From: Desulfonatronovibrionaceae bacterium
GTDB taxonomy: Bacteria > Desulfobacterota > Desulfovibrionia > Desulfovibrionales > Desulfonatronovibrionaceae
Reading direction: 5' to 3'
Length of the DNA: 58,056 nucleotides
Assembly: GCA_046539845.1 (NCBI GenBank)
Contig: JBKHGE010000009.1
Span: 1 to 58,056 of the forward strand
The translations under genes were made by a program, and so were the position numbers. Under the pieces are notes generated by a model. It did no database searches. It was not told where the DNA came from and saw only the letters and a list, made by a program, of their open reading frames with translations. Of this stretch, positions 1-10,568 are shown piece after piece (within the stretch, counting starts at the first letter, position 1; each line of letters starts with the position of its first letter).

Positions 1-94
1 ATATATTATCCGGCCCGCGAAAATCGTTTTGGTTGTAAGTCTTGTCAGAAATACCCGGCGCTTTGACTCCGGGAAAATTGGATAACGGTGCCCT

Positions 95-1153
95 ATGCGC
101 AAAAGGATTTATATCGCTTATACCGGGGGGACGATCGGGATGGGTAGCACCGAGCACGGATATGAACCCCGCCCCGGGTACCTACAGGAGCTCATGGATA
201 CCATTCCGGAGCTCAGGCGTCCGGAGATGCCCGAATATGTTTTAAATGAATACTCCCCCCTGCTCGATTCTTCTAACATGCGGCCCGCGGACTGGCTTCG
301 GATAGGCGCGGACATAGCGGATAACTACGCGGAGTTCGACGGATTCATTGTCCTGCACGGCACGGATACCATGGCCTATTCCGCTTCCGCCTTGGCCTTT
401 ATGCTCGAGGGCTTGGACAAACCGGTGGTATTCACCGGGTCGCAGATCCCCTTGTCCGAGATTCGCAATGACGCCAGGGAAAACCTGATAACCTCGATGC
501 TGCTCATAGCCCAGTACCCCGTCCCCGAGGTCTGTCTGTGCTTCGGCAGCAGACTGCTTCGCGGCTGCCGGGCCAAGAAGATGGACGCCGGAGGGTTTGA
601 TGCCTTTGACTCGCCTAATTTTCCGCATTTGGGCCAGATGGGCATAGACATATCCGTGCGCCGGGATCTGGTGCTTTGGCCCGGGGAACAGGAGTTTCGT
701 CTGAACGTGCAGCGTTTCGGCAAGGTAGGGGTCGCCTCTTTGCGGCTTTTCCCGGGCATCTCTCCGGTGATTCTGGACAATATCCTTAAAGAGCCGTTGC
801 AGGGTCTTGTCCTGGAAAGTTACGGCTCAGGCAACGGACCGAGCAAGGACAAGGAATTTTTGCAGGTCTTGTCCCGGGCGACCGAAAGGGGTGTGGTCCT
901 GGTCAATTGCACCCAATGCGTCCGAGGGACTGTGCGCGGAGATTACGAGGCTGGCCTGGCCATGAAACAGGCCGGAGTGGTCAGCGGGTTGGATATGACC
1001 GCGGAGGCAGCGCTTTCCAAATTATATTGCCTGTTGCAAAGGGGGTTTTCCCCGCCGGAGATCCGCGACCTGGTGCAAAAAAATCTGCGTGGGGAATTGA
1101 CTTCTATGGAAACTGGCCCGTTGACCTCGGCTTTGGATCAGCTGGGACGGTAG
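95..1153 (+). CDS. ansA: Type I (cytoplasmic) L-asparaginase
   Basis: YTGGTIGM and HGTDTM catalytic motifs, TGSQIP, C-terminal NLRGELT; no signal peptide. Confidence 0.95.
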   Translation: MRKRIYIAYTGGTIGMGSTEHGYEPRPGYLQELMDTIPELRRPEMPEYVLNEYSPLLDSSNMRPADWLRIGADIADNYAEFDGFIVLHGTDTMAYSASALAFMLEGLDKPVVFTGSQIPLSEIRNDARENLITSMLLIAQYPVPEVCLCFGSRLLRGCRAKKMDAGGFDAFDSPNFPHLGQMGIDISVRRDLVLWPGEQEFRLNVQRFGKVGVASLRLFPGISPVILDNILKEPLQGLVLESYGSGNGPSKDKEFLQVLSRATERGVVLVNCTQCVRGTVRGDYEAGLAMKQAGVVSGLDMTAEAALSKLYCLLQRGFSPPEIRDLVQKNLRGELTSMETGPLTSALDQLGR

Positions 1154-1833
1154 TGGTAGTGATGGATAAAAGAAACCACTAGGTAGTAAATGGGATAGAA
1201 AAGGGAGATGAACACCGCTTCTCGGACCCAGTCGGAATGGGGGAAAAAGCAGATAAAAGCGATCACCGCTGCGTACACGACAGAGAGCAAAAGGGTCGTC
1301 CTCTGCATCCAACGGGTCTTGTTCGGATAGATGTATTGCAGAGGGACAAAGGTCAAGGCGGAGAACAAAAGCAGGATGGACAGAGTACCGGCCGGGGGCA
1401 TATCCAGGATATACAGATACAGGAAGATCACGTTCCAATAGGAAGGAAAGCCCACAAAGGATTCGCTGGTTTTGGCGTTTTTCTGGCAGAATCCATACAG
1501 GCCAGCCAGCATAGGAATGACCGCGATCCAGGTCAGGCCGGAGGGCAAAACCTGAAACTGGACAAGCCCCATACAGGGCAGAAACACATATGTAAGATAA
1601 TCAATAAGATCGTCGAGTTTTGCTCCGTCGAAATTGGGCAGGACATCCTGGATGGCGCATTTGCGGGCCAGAGGGCCGTCAGTGCCGTCGATTATGACTG
1701 CAGCAAAAAGGGAGAGGAGAAAAAGACGGATGTCCTGGCTTATCAAGGCTTGAGCCGCCATGAAGGAAAATATTATTCCGGCTGAGGTGTACACATGCGT
1801 GCTTATCGCGCACAGTTTTTTTGCCCTGTTCAT
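1138..1833 (-). CDS. pcs: CDP-alcohol phosphatidyltransferase, phosphatidylcholine synthase type
   Basis: DG-PL-AR-x12-G-x3-D-x3-D (DGPLARKCAIQDVLPNFDGAKLDDLID), FVGFPSYWN, multi-TM; start moved to ATG 1833 (MNRAKK). Confidence 0.8.
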   Translation of the reverse strand: MNRAKKLCAISTHVYTSAGIIFSFMAAQALISQDIRLFLLSLFAAVIIDGTDGPLARKCAIQDVLPNFDGAKLDDLIDYLTYVFLPCMGLVQFQVLPSGLTWIAVIPMLAGLYGFCQKNAKTSESFVGFPSYWNVIFLYLYILDMPPAGTLSILLLFSALTFVPLQYIYPNKTRWMQRTTLLLSVVYAAVIAFICFFPHSDWVREAVFISLFYPIYYLVVSFIHHYHYRPS

Positions 1834-2127
1834 AAAAATCCTTGGCTGAGAGTTTGCTCTTGGTTTAAGGGAGCCGGACTGTATTAGGTTCGGATTTAGA
1901 CAGCTGACAGATTTGTAAGCCAGAGTCAAGGAAACAAGGCTTTTGTCCGGGGCGGGATCTGTTTCTTGAGTTTTTTGGGAAAACAAGATAAGTTAATTTA
2001 AATAGGACTATTAAACGCCCTTTGATGTGTTCTGTGGGTATTTTTCTGGCCGTCAAGAGGCGGTCCGGCCATTTTGTAGGCGTCGGGAAATTTTCCGGCC
2101 GGTGAGTAAAGAAACGGGGTAATAGAT

Positions 2128-2613
2128 ATGTATGAGCAGGAAGAAGAAGTCAAAAAGAGCGAAGGCGAGCTGTTGCAGCTGGTTACCTTTAGTATCGGGG
2201 ATGAGGAGTTCGGGGTGGAGATCCTCAAGGTCCAGGAAATAAACCGGATGATGGAGATCACCAGGGTCCCCAAGGCCCCGGATTTCGTGGAAGGAGTCAT
2301 AAACCTGCGCGGCCGGGTGATACCGGTCATTGATCTGCGCAAGCGTTTCGGTCTCGAATCCAAGGTACACGACAAGGATACCCGGATTATCGTTATTGAG
2401 ATAAACAAGATGATAGTCGGGTTTGTAGTGGACGCTGTTTCCGAAGTCCTGCGTATACCTGCGGACACGGTTGAGCCTCCCCCGCCAGTGGTGGCCGGCC
2501 TGGACTCGGAGTATATAAGCGGGGTGGGGAAACTGGAGGACCGTTTGCTTATCCTGTTGGATCTGGATCGTCTCCTTACCAGGCAGGAGAAGAGCCAGCT
2601 GACTCAAGTATAA
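2128..2613 (+). CDS. cheW: Chemotaxis coupling protein CheW
   Basis: QLVTF...VQEI...GVINLRGRVIPVIDL...GFVVDAVSEV. Confidence 0.97.
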   Translation: MYEQEEEVKKSEGELLQLVTFSIGDEEFGVEILKVQEINRMMEITRVPKAPDFVEGVINLRGRVIPVIDLRKRFGLESKVHDKDTRIIVIEINKMIVGFVVDAVSEVLRIPADTVEPPPPVVAGLDSEYISGVGKLEDRLLILLDLDRLLTRQEKSQLTQV

Positions 2614-2644
2614 CCCGTATTTTCCGGTTCGGAAATGGATTTAC

Positions 2645-2669
2645 AGCCCCGCAGCAGCGGGGCTTTTTT
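2645..2669 (+). terminator. Intrinsic terminator after cheW
   Basis: AGCCCCGC-AGCA-GCGGGGCT followed by a T run. Confidence 0.85.
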
Positions 2670-3053
2670 GTCCCTGCCGCTGTCGAAGCGAACTTGCTGC
2701 CTCTTGTCTTGTGCGGCCGCCTGTAAGAGCCTTTCGGGTCTTTCAAGGTTTGAAGTGGAGTTTATGCGCCAGCCTTTTTTTGGGGGCTTTTAGCGGGAAA
2801 CACCCAGATTAACATTTGAGTCCCGGATTGCCAGGGCTAAAAGGCCCCGAGCCGGAAGACCGGCATCCAAGAGGTCCATACGGATTAAATATAACAAGCC
2901 ATAAGGTTGGCCCAAGAGCCGCTTTTTTGCTTCCGACTTTTACCGTTCTTGACAGGGCGGGCAAAAAGATTTTCCTTCTCAGATCTGCCGGGTCCAAGGA
3001 AACTCCGGGACAGGGATGGAGATGCAGCGCAAAGACTTTTGGGGTACAGGGTA

Positions 3054-6000
3054 ATGATCACAGTGAGCAGCCAAGAGCCAAACACCCTCAGGGGCCTGGA
3101 AGAACCAGGCAGGGACCATCGGATATATAAGGCGGGTCCGGCGACCGTGGCCCGAACAGCGATTTATCTTGCCGACCGGGGAGTAAAGACCTGCCTGGTT
3201 TTTCCCACGTCCGGCGAGTTGAAGCGGACGCGCAGTTATCTGCAGATATTCTCCCCTGGGAAAGATGTCTTTTTCTGGGAGCGGGAGTGGTTGTTTTTGA
3301 CCGGAATCCCAGACCCGGAAAGCAGCGGCTGGGGCGATGTCTGGAGTTTTCTGTTCGCCCTGCATCACGGCGGGAATTGGAGGGGCGTGGCAATTACACT
3401 GGATTGCCTGCTACCTTTTCTGCCTTCTGAACAGGAGGTCCGGACCAATCATCTCTATCTGTCCCCGGGTGAAGAAATAGATCCGGAGCTGCTCTTGGAT
3501 ACCCTGGTCAACTGGGGCTACAATCGCGTATCCATGGTTGGAGCCCAGGGGGAGATCGCAGTCCGCGGAGATATCCTGGATATCTTTGCCCCGGGCTATG
3601 AATTGCCGCTGCGCCTGGAATTCTTCGGGGACAGCCTGGAGGGGATACGACTGTTCGAGCCCTCCAACCAGAGGTCCAGGCAGAGCCTGAAGCAGGCGGT
3701 GATTTTGCCGGTGGCCCCGACTGTGGTCGGAGAGACCTATTCCCAACAGGCCCGCAGCAGATGGGAGTATCTATGGACAACCGGACGGCTGCCCAAGTCC
3801 AGGCGGGACGAGTTTTTCGTCTCTCTGGAGGACAGGGCCGTGATCGTCCCCCCGGGGTTGTATTTCCCTCGAGTCCGCTGTCTTGCCGAGCATATAGGGA
3901 CGGACACCAGGCTGCTTGTGGCCGACGGGACCAATGTGCGTTCCAGGCTGGAAGAGGAGAGCTGGGAGGCTCAGGAATGGGCGGAGCAACAGGGGCTGCC
4001 GCACGAGGAGATCTTCTGCTCCGTAAACAAAGTCCTGGATATCCTGAATCGGCCGGGCCGGATCATCTTTGACAGTCTGGTGATCGGGGAGAGGTCCCCG
4101 GGCCGCGAACTCGCCGAGAAATCGGTCCATGATTTCTCGGATTATTTCTGGAGTCCGCAGGAGCAGAGAAGGCCTTGGCCGACCCTGCTGGATTTTCTGC
4201 GCAACAGGAGATCCTATGCCCGGCAGGCGGTTTTGGTGTTCCGATCCAAAAAGTCTTTGGACAAATTTGTCCGCCTGGTGGAGCCGGAGAATCTGAGCTT
4301 CAGATACAAATGGGAACCTGGAAGTCCTGGTATTTATCTCCTTGTCGGCGATTTGCGGGGTGGGAGCGAGCTGAAATGGGATCAGACCGTGATCCTGGGC
4401 GAAGATGTGCTCCAGCCAGGAGGCAGAAAGGAAACAGCGGTTTCCAAGAGTGATTTTCAGGGCCTTTCCGGTTTTGAGGAAATAGAAAAAAATGATCTCT
4501 TGGTACACAGGGATTACGGCCTGGCCAGGTTTGGGGGGCTGCATAGGGTCCAGGCCGGGGAAGCGAGCAACGACTATATCCTACTTTTGTTTGCCGGGGA
4601 TGACCGATTGTATCTCCCGGTGGACCGCCTGAACCTGGTTCAGAAGTACAAGGGGCCGGAGGGAAAGGAACCAGGTCTGGACAAGCTCGGTGGCGCTCGC
4701 TGGGAAAAGACCAAAAGCCGGGTGCGCAAGGCGGTGCAGAAGATAGCCCGGGACTTGGTGGACATGTACGCCTATCGCAAGGTGGCCAAGGGGTTTTCCT
4801 ACTCCTCTCCCGAAGACATGATGAGCGAATTCGAGGCCGGATTCGGCTTTGACGAGACCCCGGATCAGGAGCGGGCCATCCAGGACGTGCTCTCGGATAT
4901 GGACAGCCCGCAGCCCATGGACCGGCTCGTGTGCGGGGATGTGGGTTTCGGCAAGACTGAAGTGGCCATGCGTGCCGCATTCAAGGCCGTGGCTGACGGC
5001 AAGCAGGTGGCCCTGTTGTGCCCGACTACGGTTTTGGCTGAGCAGCATTACCAGAATTTTCGGAGGCGGATGCAGGATTTTGCTATGAATGTGTCCATGC
5101 TCAGCCGCTTTGTTTCCAAAAAACGCCAGGAAACCGTGCTCAAGGCCCTGGCCCAGGGCAAGGTGGACATCTTGATCGGGACGCACCGGATCCTGTCCCG
5201 GGATATAGAGATTCCCAATCTGTCCCTGCTTATCCTGGATGAGGAGCAGAGGTTCGGGGTGCGGCACAAGGAAAGGATAAAGGATTTGCGTCGCAATATT
5301 GACGTGCTCACTCTGACTGCCACGCCCATTCCCCGCACCCTACAGCTCTCCATGTCCGGGATCAGGACTTTAAGCGTGATAAACACCCCGCCAGTGGACC
5401 GCAAGCCGGTGGAGACCTCTCTTCTGGAGCGGGACGACGAGTTTCTGCGCTCCGCTCTGAGCAGGGAGCTGGAACGCGGGGGGCAGGTTTTCTGGGTGTA
5501 CAATCGGGTGCAGGGTCTTTACCGGGTGGCTGACTATGTGCGCAAGCTGGCGCCCGAGGCCCGAGTGGCCGCCGCTCACGGCCAGCTTCCGGAACGCGAG
5601 TTGGAAGAGGTCATGCACAGTTTCTGGCATGGGGAGGTAGACATCCTGGTCTGTACTTCGATAATCGAGTCCGGACTGGATTTCCCCCGGGCCAATACCC
5701 TGATAGTGGATCAGGCCCATATGTTCGGCCTGGGGCAGTTGTATCAGCTCCGGGGACGGGTGGGCAGATCCGGGGAGCAGGCCTACGCCTATTTTATAGT
5801 CCCTTCTGTGGCTGGATTGAACGAAACAGCCAGAAAGAGGATGCAGATTATCCTGGAGATGGATTACCTCGGGGCCGGGTTCCAGGTGGCCATGGAGGAC
5901 TTGCGTCTGCGCGGGGCCGGAAATATCCTTGGCGAGTCCCAGTCCGGAAATATCGGGCGGGTGGGTCTGGAGTTGTTTTTGGAGATGCTGGACGAAGAGG

Positions 6001-6512
6001 TGCGCAGAATACGCGGAGGCGAGTTGGAGCAGGCCAAAGACCCGGAGATGAACGTGCGCTTCGCCGCTTATATCCCCGAGGATTACGTTGCTGACAACCG
6101 GGAGAGATTGCGATATTATAAACGTTTGTCCGCATGCAGGTTAGAAGAAGACGTGGATGTCCTTGCCTCGGAGATAGCCGACAGATTCGGGGAGATCCCG
6201 CGCAGGCTGGAATTGTTTCTGGAGGTGCTGCGGATGAAGACTGTGCTCTCCGCACTGGGGGTGCTACGGGTTGATCTGTTCGAAAACAGATTCCGGTTGA
6301 CCTGGGATGAAAACGCCTGTCCGGTGTCTCCGGAAGCAATTGTCTCCTGGATAGCGGACAAAAGCGGGTTTGCCTTTTTGATCCCCCCGGCCGGATTGGA
6401 AATACGGCCTCCGGAAAATGACCTCCTCCGCGCCCTGCGTTTCTGTACACAGCGGCTTAAGGGGCTTTGGCAGCAAAACCGGACAGAGGGCCAGGACCGG
6501 GACGGAGACTGA
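3054..6512 (+). CDS. mfd: Transcription-repair coupling factor
   Basis: UvrB-homology module, CarD-like RID (LVHRDYG), GDVGFGKTEVA, DEEQRFGV, TATPIPRT, QLRGRVGR; start ATG 3054 uncertain. Confidence 0.97.
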   Translation: MITVSSQEPNTLRGLEEPGRDHRIYKAGPATVARTAIYLADRGVKTCLVFPTSGELKRTRSYLQIFSPGKDVFFWEREWLFLTGIPDPESSGWGDVWSFLFALHHGGNWRGVAITLDCLLPFLPSEQEVRTNHLYLSPGEEIDPELLLDTLVNWGYNRVSMVGAQGEIAVRGDILDIFAPGYELPLRLEFFGDSLEGIRLFEPSNQRSRQSLKQAVILPVAPTVVGETYSQQARSRWEYLWTTGRLPKSRRDEFFVSLEDRAVIVPPGLYFPRVRCLAEHIGTDTRLLVADGTNVRSRLEEESWEAQEWAEQQGLPHEEIFCSVNKVLDILNRPGRIIFDSLVIGERSPGRELAEKSVHDFSDYFWSPQEQRRPWPTLLDFLRNRRSYARQAVLVFRSKKSLDKFVRLVEPENLSFRYKWEPGSPGIYLLVGDLRGGSELKWDQTVILGEDVLQPGGRKETAVSKSDFQGLSGFEEIEKNDLLVHRDYGLARFGGLHRVQAGEASNDYILLLFAGDDRLYLPVDRLNLVQKYKGPEGKEPGLDKLGGARWEKTKSRVRKAVQKIARDLVDMYAYRKVAKGFSYSSPEDMMSEFEAGFGFDETPDQERAIQDVLSDMDSPQPMDRLVCGDVGFGKTEVAMRAAFKAVADGKQVALLCPTTVLAEQHYQNFRRRMQDFAMNVSMLSRFVSKKRQETVLKALAQGKVDILIGTHRILSRDIEIPNLSLLILDEEQRFGVRHKERIKDLRRNIDVLTLTATPIPRTLQLSMSGIRTLSVINTPPVDRKPVETSLLERDDEFLRSALSRELERGGQVFWVYNRVQGLYRVADYVRKLAPEARVAAAHGQLPERELEEVMHSFWHGEVDILVCTSIIESGLDFPRANTLIVDQAHMFGLGQLYQLRGRVGRSGEQAYAYFIVPSVAGLNETARKRMQIILEMDYLGAGFQVAMEDLRLRGAGNILGESQSGNIGRVGLELFLEMLDEEVRRIRGGELEQAKDPEMNVRFAAYIPEDYVADNRERLRYYKRLSACRLEEDVDVLASEIADRFGEIPRRLELFLEVLRMKTVLSALGVLRVDLFENRFRLTWDENACPVSPEAIVSWIADKSGFAFLIPPAGLEIRPPENDLLRALRFCTQRLKGLWQQNRTEGQDRDGD

Positions 6513-6588
6513 GGCCTTTCTGCCTGGGCTTTACCTTCCGGATCAAGGCAGGAGCTGAACGGATCCGGGCCAAACCGGAGTGTTGAGG

Positions 6589-7524
6589 ATGAAAATCTCG
6601 AGTTTGCGTTTTTTCCCTTATGTCTGTTTAAGCGTTTTCCTCTTGTTTTCTGCAGGCTGCGGAGAGGACAATTGGGAGCCCGGGGTGGTGGCCCGGGTCA
6701 ATGGTGAGCCTATCTATCTGCGCAGCCTGGAAGCCAAATATGATTTTGAGCATTTCGAATGGAGTGCGGAGCAGTTGCCGCAGACAAAGGATCTTAAATC
6801 CGAGTACCGGGGAATCCTTGTGGACCTTATTATCCAGAGACTTGTCGAGGACCAGCTGGAGGAAATGGGGCTTGCGGTCTCAAAGGACGAGGTCCTGGCT
6901 TTGGAGCGCGAGATCAGAAAGGATTATCCGGAGGGGGAATTTGAGAATATCCTTGTTGAAGAATATGTGGATTTAAATTATTGGCGGGAACAGGTAAAGG
7001 CAGGCTTGCAATGGCAGCGCTTTGAGAAAAAATACCTTCGGCCTCGGGCTGAGGTGGAAGTCCAGGAAATAAAGGAGTATTACCGGGACAACGCCCAGGA
7101 CTTTTATGTGCCCAAGCAGGTGCATTTTTTGCTAGTGGCCGGGCCGGAGGCGGATATGGTCCAAAAGGCCCTGGAAAAATTTGAGTCCGGGGTTTCCGAA
7201 GGAGAGATTAAGGATGAATATGGAGAGGTCAACCTGCATGAGTATTCCATGCATGAGGATCAGGTGCCCTCTGTGTGGTCAACCATCCTGAAATCATTGG
7301 AGCCTGGCCAGAGCAGTCAGATAAAAAACCACAACAATAAATTCTACGCCCTGCACGTGCTAAGCCACGAAGAAGAGAAAATACTGGAGCCCTATCAGGC
7401 CTATACCGTGATTGAGGAAAAGCTCATGCACGAAAAGGAAAGGGCTGTGTTTTTAAAGTGGCTGAAACAAGAGTTAAAGGACGCCAGAATTGAGTTTAGC
7501 AGTCGGTTGAAAGAGGAGAGATGA
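6589..7524 (+). CDS. SurA-N/parvulin-like chaperone lipoprotein
   Basis: Lipobox SAGC, VVARVNGEPI SurA-N start, degenerate PPIase domain; start could be GTG 6580. Confidence 0.8.
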   Translation: MKISSLRFFPYVCLSVFLLFSAGCGEDNWEPGVVARVNGEPIYLRSLEAKYDFEHFEWSAEQLPQTKDLKSEYRGILVDLIIQRLVEDQLEEMGLAVSKDEVLALEREIRKDYPEGEFENILVEEYVDLNYWREQVKAGLQWQRFEKKYLRPRAEVEVQEIKEYYRDNAQDFYVPKQVHFLLVAGPEADMVQKALEKFESGVSEGEIKDEYGEVNLHEYSMHEDQVPSVWSTILKSLEPGQSSQIKNHNNKFYALHVLSHEEEKILEPYQAYTVIEEKLMHEKERAVFLKWLKQELKDARIEFSSRLKEER

Positions 7525-8477
7525 TTTTGAAAACAGGTAAGATATATACGGGGTGCTTGGCTGTTTTGCTGAGCCTGATTTTTGTCCTTCCTCCGGGAGC
7601 GGTCCGGGCCGAGGTGGTGGACCGCATAGTGGCTGTGGTCAACGGAGAGACGATCACGCTTTTTGAACTGAATCAAAGGGTAAAGCCATATATTGAGCGT
7701 TTCCGGGGACAGGAGATCGGACCGGACCAGAAAAAGAAAATTTTGGAGAAAAAAAAGGAGATCCTGGACAATATGGTCGAGGAGATCCTCTTGAAGCAGC
7801 AGGCCGAGGAATACGGGATCGAGGTCAAGGATATGGAAGTGGAAAACCGTATCCAACAGATCAAGGACAAAAACGATCTGAGCGAGGAGGAGCTGCGCAG
7901 GGAGCTGAAAAAACAGGATATGACCTTAGAGGACTATTCCAGGAGGGTCAAGGAGGACATCCTCAAGCATCGCCTGATAGGGGCCATGGTCAAGCGCAAA
8001 GTCGTAGTGACCGACGAGGAAATTGAGGAATATTACCAGAAGAACAAGGCCGATTTCAGCGGGGAAAAGAAAGTGGACCTGAATTTGATTCTGCTTTCCG
8101 ATTCAGATAAGTCGGAAGAGGTCTTTACAGCAATAAAAGAGGGCGAAATCTCTTTTGAACAAGCAGCCGCCAAGCATTCAATCGGGCCCCAGCCCGAGGA
8201 GGGTGGTTCTTTGGGCTCCGTGGAGTGGGCCTCGCTGAACGAGGATTTTAAAGATGCTCTCCAGGGTTTGGAAGAAGACGAGGTGACCCCCCCGTTTGAA
8301 TTTAAAGGAAATGCGGCCCTGCTGAAGATAAAAGAGATAGAGGCCGAAGACGCAAATCCCCTATCCGAAGTAAAAGAGGAGATAAGTGAGGAGATATACA
8401 GGGAGAAGTTTGCCAGCCAGCTTGACGATTACCTGGATCAGCTCAAAGATAAGGCGGTTATAGATATCAGGCTGTAG
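7521..8477 (+). CDS. surA: SurA-family peptidyl-prolyl isomerase chaperone
   Basis: Signal peptide, VVDRIVAVVNGETIT, parvulin FEQAAAKHS...GGSLG; ATGA overlap with the upstream gene. Confidence 0.85.
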   Translation: MILKTGKIYTGCLAVLLSLIFVLPPGAVRAEVVDRIVAVVNGETITLFELNQRVKPYIERFRGQEIGPDQKKKILEKKKEILDNMVEEILLKQQAEEYGIEVKDMEVENRIQQIKDKNDLSEEELRRELKKQDMTLEDYSRRVKEDILKHRLIGAMVKRKVVVTDEEIEEYYQKNKADFSGEKKVDLNLILLSDSDKSEEVFTAIKEGEISFEQAAAKHSIGPQPEEGGSLGSVEWASLNEDFKDALQGLEEDEVTPPFEFKGNAALLKIKEIEAEDANPLSEVKEEISEEIYREKFASQLDDYLDQLKDKAVIDIRL

Positions 8478-8648
8478 GAACGGATTTTTCAGGAGTCGAG
8501 AAATCCGGAACAAGCGCAAAATGCTGCGGGTTCCCCTCCGGCTGCAAGGCCGGAGACAAGCACCGGCCCCAAAGCGGGGCTAAACAACATTTAAAGTTCG
8601 GGTACCCGGATGAAATTCCGGGTCTTCCGAATCTTCCGGGTGGTGGAT

Positions 8649-9602
8649 ATGGAATTGCAGGAAATCGGACAGCAGCTTAAGGAGGCCAGGGAAAGGAAGG
8701 GGCTTACCCTGCATGACGTGCACGACAAGCTCAAGCTGAGTGTGCATGTCTTGGAGGCCATGGAGCAGGGTGAGGAATCAAATCTTCCCCATCCAGTGTA
8801 TACCAGGGGGTTTATCCAGGAGTACGCCCGTTTTCTGGATCTGGATACTGAGGAAATTGTCGCTGCAGTGGACCGACTGTATCAATCGGAACTGGAAGAG
8901 GAGGATTCCGTTGAGATCCCGTCCACACTCAAAGTCTCCTCCAAGCCTGATTTCCTTTCCTTGGCCTTAAAGATCGCGGCCGGTCTGCTCCTTATCGCCG
9001 TAGTGGGCGGAATTGTCTGGTTCCTTTTGACCCCGTTTTTCGGTCCGGTCTCAGACCGGGATACGGCCACCGGATCCGGAGCGGAAGCAGTGGGCAATGC
9101 CAGTGCAGGCAAATATACAGAGGACAAAGGCCCAAAAGAGGGCTCTAAGGAGCCGGGAAAAAACGTCTCTGCGGGATCCAGGGACAGGGAGGAAACAAAC
9201 GGCACGCCTTCCCGGCTTGAAACGGCGGCCGACTTGGCCAATGCAACCGCAGTGGATGAGTCCGGGGTTAGGAATGCCGGAAATTTTTCTGCAAGCGCCG
9301 GAACCGGGGCGGAAATATCCCCGGGCAACAATACAGAAGACAATCCGTTGCCTGAAGAGGATGATTTTCGAATAATGGAGATTATGGCCTCCAAAGAGTG
9401 CTGGGTTTTGGCCGATCTGGACGGAACGACCCAGGAATATTATCTGCGGCCCGGAGATACGGTAGAGCTGCGCTTTGAAGACACCCTCCGTCTGCGTCTG
9501 GGCAATTCCGGCGGGGTGTCCCTGGTCCTGGACGGCAGGGAGTATCCGTTTGAGGGCGAAACAAACCAAGTGCGGACCATAACCATCGGAGACGAAGGAT
9601 AG
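8649..9602 (+). CDS. rodZ: RodZ-like protein (HTH, TM, DUF4115-type domain)
   Basis: IGQQLKEARE HTH with YTRGFIQEYARFL, single TM, C-terminal LRLGNSGGV. Confidence 0.85.
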   Translation: MELQEIGQQLKEARERKGLTLHDVHDKLKLSVHVLEAMEQGEESNLPHPVYTRGFIQEYARFLDLDTEEIVAAVDRLYQSELEEEDSVEIPSTLKVSSKPDFLSLALKIAAGLLLIAVVGGIVWFLLTPFFGPVSDRDTATGSGAEAVGNASAGKYTEDKGPKEGSKEPGKNVSAGSRDREETNGTPSRLETAADLANATAVDESGVRNAGNFSASAGTGAEISPGNNTEDNPLPEEDDFRIMEIMASKECWVLADLDGTTQEYYLRPGDTVELRFEDTLRLRLGNSGGVSLVLDGREYPFEGETNQVRTITIGDEG

Positions 9603-9782
9603 CAGAAGTCCAGCTGGATGCCTTCGCTTTACTGCCTCTCACCCCTTGCTTCAGGCCGGACAATCAACAAGTTTTGTCCTTGGAATCTGTTTTTGTCCCT
9701 AGGCAGCCGAGGACTGCGGCCCGGGAGTCTCCCGGATTCCCGGCCTCCTTCCTTGCCCGGATCTTGGCGGGCTGAATAAATT

Positions 9783-10517
9783 ATGGAATTTGTGGAAAAT
9801 TGTCTTGTCCTGCGCACAGGAGGGTTCAGGGAGAGCGATGCCTGGCTGCGGCTCTTGTCGCCGCGATACGGTGTGTTCACCGCCTTTGCCTTTGGCGGCA
9901 GGCGAAGCAGGAAGAGGTTCTGCGGTTGTCTGGATACACTGAACCATGTCCGTTTTCGGGTGCGCCATGAGCGCAGAAAGGATTATTATGTCCTGCAGGA
10001 AGGCAGTCTGCTCCGGGGTTTCTCCGGTTTGAAAAGAGATTCGGCCCGCATGGGGATTGCCGCCAATTGTTTGCGGTTTTTGGATTGCGTGCATATCTAT
10101 CCCGAGGATGCCCCGTACGTGCATGAGGTCTTTGCCCGCAGCCTGGCCGCCCTTGAGGACAATCCCGGCCCGAGCAGTTTTTTCCCTCTTGTTTTTAAAG
10201 TCGCAGTGGTGTTCAGCCTTGGATTCAGCCCGGATATCTCCTGCTGTGCGGGTTGCGGTTTGTCTCTGGACAGGATAGATCATCCTGGTTTTGACGTTCC
10301 CGGAGGTCGGGTCTTTTGTTCCCGGTGTCGCCTCCGGGTGCGGGGCGTGGTAAGCGCGGACAGGTCAGCGCTGAATTTTCTGCATCAGATAAACAGCACC
10401 GGACCGGAGCAATGGGTGGTCTGGAGCCCGGAGCGTCTCGTGCGTCAGAATTGTCTGCGCCTGGTGGACGCCTTTGTAAATTATCACCTTCGCCCGGACA
10501 GAAGCGTTGATTTCTAG
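9783..10517 (+). CDS. recO: DNA repair protein RecO
   Basis: FRESDAW, AFGGRRSRKRF, Zn-finger CAGC...CSRC; upstream of glyQ. Confidence 0.93.
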   Translation: MEFVENCLVLRTGGFRESDAWLRLLSPRYGVFTAFAFGGRRSRKRFCGCLDTLNHVRFRVRHERRKDYYVLQEGSLLRGFSGLKRDSARMGIAANCLRFLDCVHIYPEDAPYVHEVFARSLAALEDNPGPSSFFPLVFKVAVVFSLGFSPDISCCAGCGLSLDRIDHPGFDVPGGRVFCSRCRLRVRGVVSADRSALNFLHQINSTGPEQWVVWSPERLVRQNCLRLVDAFVNYHLRPDRSVDF

Positions 10518-10568
10518 CAACTCCGGGCATTTTTGTATCCCAAAGCACAGGTTAGGAGAGACAAGAAT

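Noticed and set aside
2907..3053. N-terminal extensions in the ORF track (mfd here; also pcs, pyrR, uvrB, hpt, GNAT)
   Set aside because: They run into intergenic or promoter sequence; downstream starts fit family lengths better.
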